Part shown: piece after piece, positions 62,712 to 64,000 of the stretch
Layout: each line of letters starts with the position of its first letter
How positions within the stretch are numbered: position 1 is the first letter of the stretch
Origin: Malacoraja senta
Lineage: Eukaryota
Length of the DNA: 64,000 nt
Direction of reading: 5' to 3'
Assembly: GCA_038087875.1 (NCBI GenBank)
Contig: CM075990.1
Span: 12,712,001 to 12,776,000, forward strand
Made by a program: the position numbers and the translations under genes
The notes under the pieces: model-generated
What the model was told of the DNA's origin: nothing
The model's database searches: none
What the model saw: the letters and a program-made list of their open reading frames with translations, nothing else

Positions 62712-64000
62712 CTAGAAAGGGAAAAACAAACAATTATTAGCAATTCAGTGGACAAAAAAAGTATCAATATTTGTACAGACCACGTTTCATCTTTATGGCA
62801 GCAATCCATACACCTCATTCTCAACTGTAGTTGTGAATTAGATGGATAAACAACAGAAAGCTACCAAAGCAAATAGACAAAGCAAATAAAGCATAAGATT
62901 GACAGAGTTGCTGGTACATCTCATGGCAAAAGATTGAATTTGATCCTATAATCCAGACCCTCAGAATAATTTAATTCCAGCACAGTATTATGTGGAGCTG
63001 TACTGTCCAGACCCACATAAACATGGCCATAGCTTGCAAGCGAAAGACTGAACATTTGGATGGTTGCAAGATTATTGCAAGTTACCCCATCTCCTGGCCA
63101 ATCCGCATTCAACCATATCAGATGAACGATTTGAATCATTCAACAGCTGCTTAAGGAATCTTTTTTTTTTAAATTAAGACATTATAAATGACACTTCCCA
63201 TTGACTGCATGCACAATCATTCTGAAGGAATGATTTGCAATTTAAATGCAAGCCTTTTCTATGTGAACATTTCATCATATATTGTCTACAGTCATGACAG
63301 TCGTGCCAACGGGATAAAATAACATAGTATTTCCGTGTTATAACACACCGATACCTTGCATAGCACAATTTAGCACGGGATGTTTGCAGGAACAAGAGGA
63401 TTAATTGAATTAACAATAAAAAAAGGACACAAGAGACAGAAGCTGTGCTGGGAATCCATCGTGAATTAGACATCCCACCCCCACCCAGAATTACTGCACT
63501 AGGCACAAACTGCCACCCTTCCTATCACAACACACCACTTTGCTGGAAACCTACTCTGCTGATGTTCCCTCAGCAAAGAACTGCCCATAGCTCAGTATGA
63601 AGATGTTGCCTGTGAAAGTTGCTATTGAGAAAGCAGCTTAACCGTTTGCTGCCAAGATGTGTTGCTCAGAAGCTGCACTCCAGCCAGATTTTTCCTTGAA
63701 AGTGGTGTCATCTTGTAGGAAAGATATCAAGCTGGAAAGGGTTTAGAAGATTTGAGCTTGTTGCCAGGACTCGAGGGCCTGAGCTACAGGGAGAGGTTGA
63801 GCAGGCTAGGACCCTATTCTTTGCAATGCAGGAGGATGAGGGGTGATATTATAGAGGTACACAAAATCATGAGGAATAGATCGGATAAACACACAATGTC
63901 TCTCGCCCAGAGTAAGGAAATTGAGAACCAGAAGACATTGGTTTACAGTGAGGGAGGAATGATTGAATAGGAACCCAAGGGGTAACCTTTGGTTTTACAC

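Larger units (their letters stand above)
53991..64000 (+). repeat. Near-identical direct copy of 16552-26567, running off the right edge
   Basis: Same sequence and ORF translations at an offset of about 37.43 kb, with only a handful of SNPs and small indels. Confidence 0.98.

Overview
This is eukaryotic, repeat-rich vertebrate DNA; its repeat set (CR1, Rex1/Babar, Penelope-like, V-SINE/DeuSINE-like, Tc1) suggests a cartilaginous fish such as a skate or ray (inference). Three genes lie on the minus strand. (1) A complete hnRNP D/DL/AB-family gene: 7 coding exons from 49302 to 22764, 370 aa, two RRMs, RGG, a Tyr/Gly-rich tail and a C-terminal PY motif, plus two 3'UTR exons. One of these is an 86-nt cassette resembling the HNRNPD/HNRNPDL autoregulatory poison exon. 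(2) A complete BLOC1S2: 5 exons from 16739 to 11202, 171 aa, with a CLEAR/E-box-rich promoter. (3) The probable first coding exon of an EF-hand mitochondrial carrier (SLC25A23/24/25-like), which continues off the left edge. After a 200-N gap (53791-53990) the sequence restarts as a near-identical copy of 16552-26567, most likely an uncollapsed haplotype. Highlights: the hnRNP gene may be an extra family paralogue in the BLOC1S2 (human 10q24-like) region, its promoter is built from a tandem ~90-bp CCAAT/GC-box module, and many Penelope-like termini carry hammerhead-ribozyme-like cores. Coordinates were read by eye, and comparisons with human genes are from memory, not from a search.
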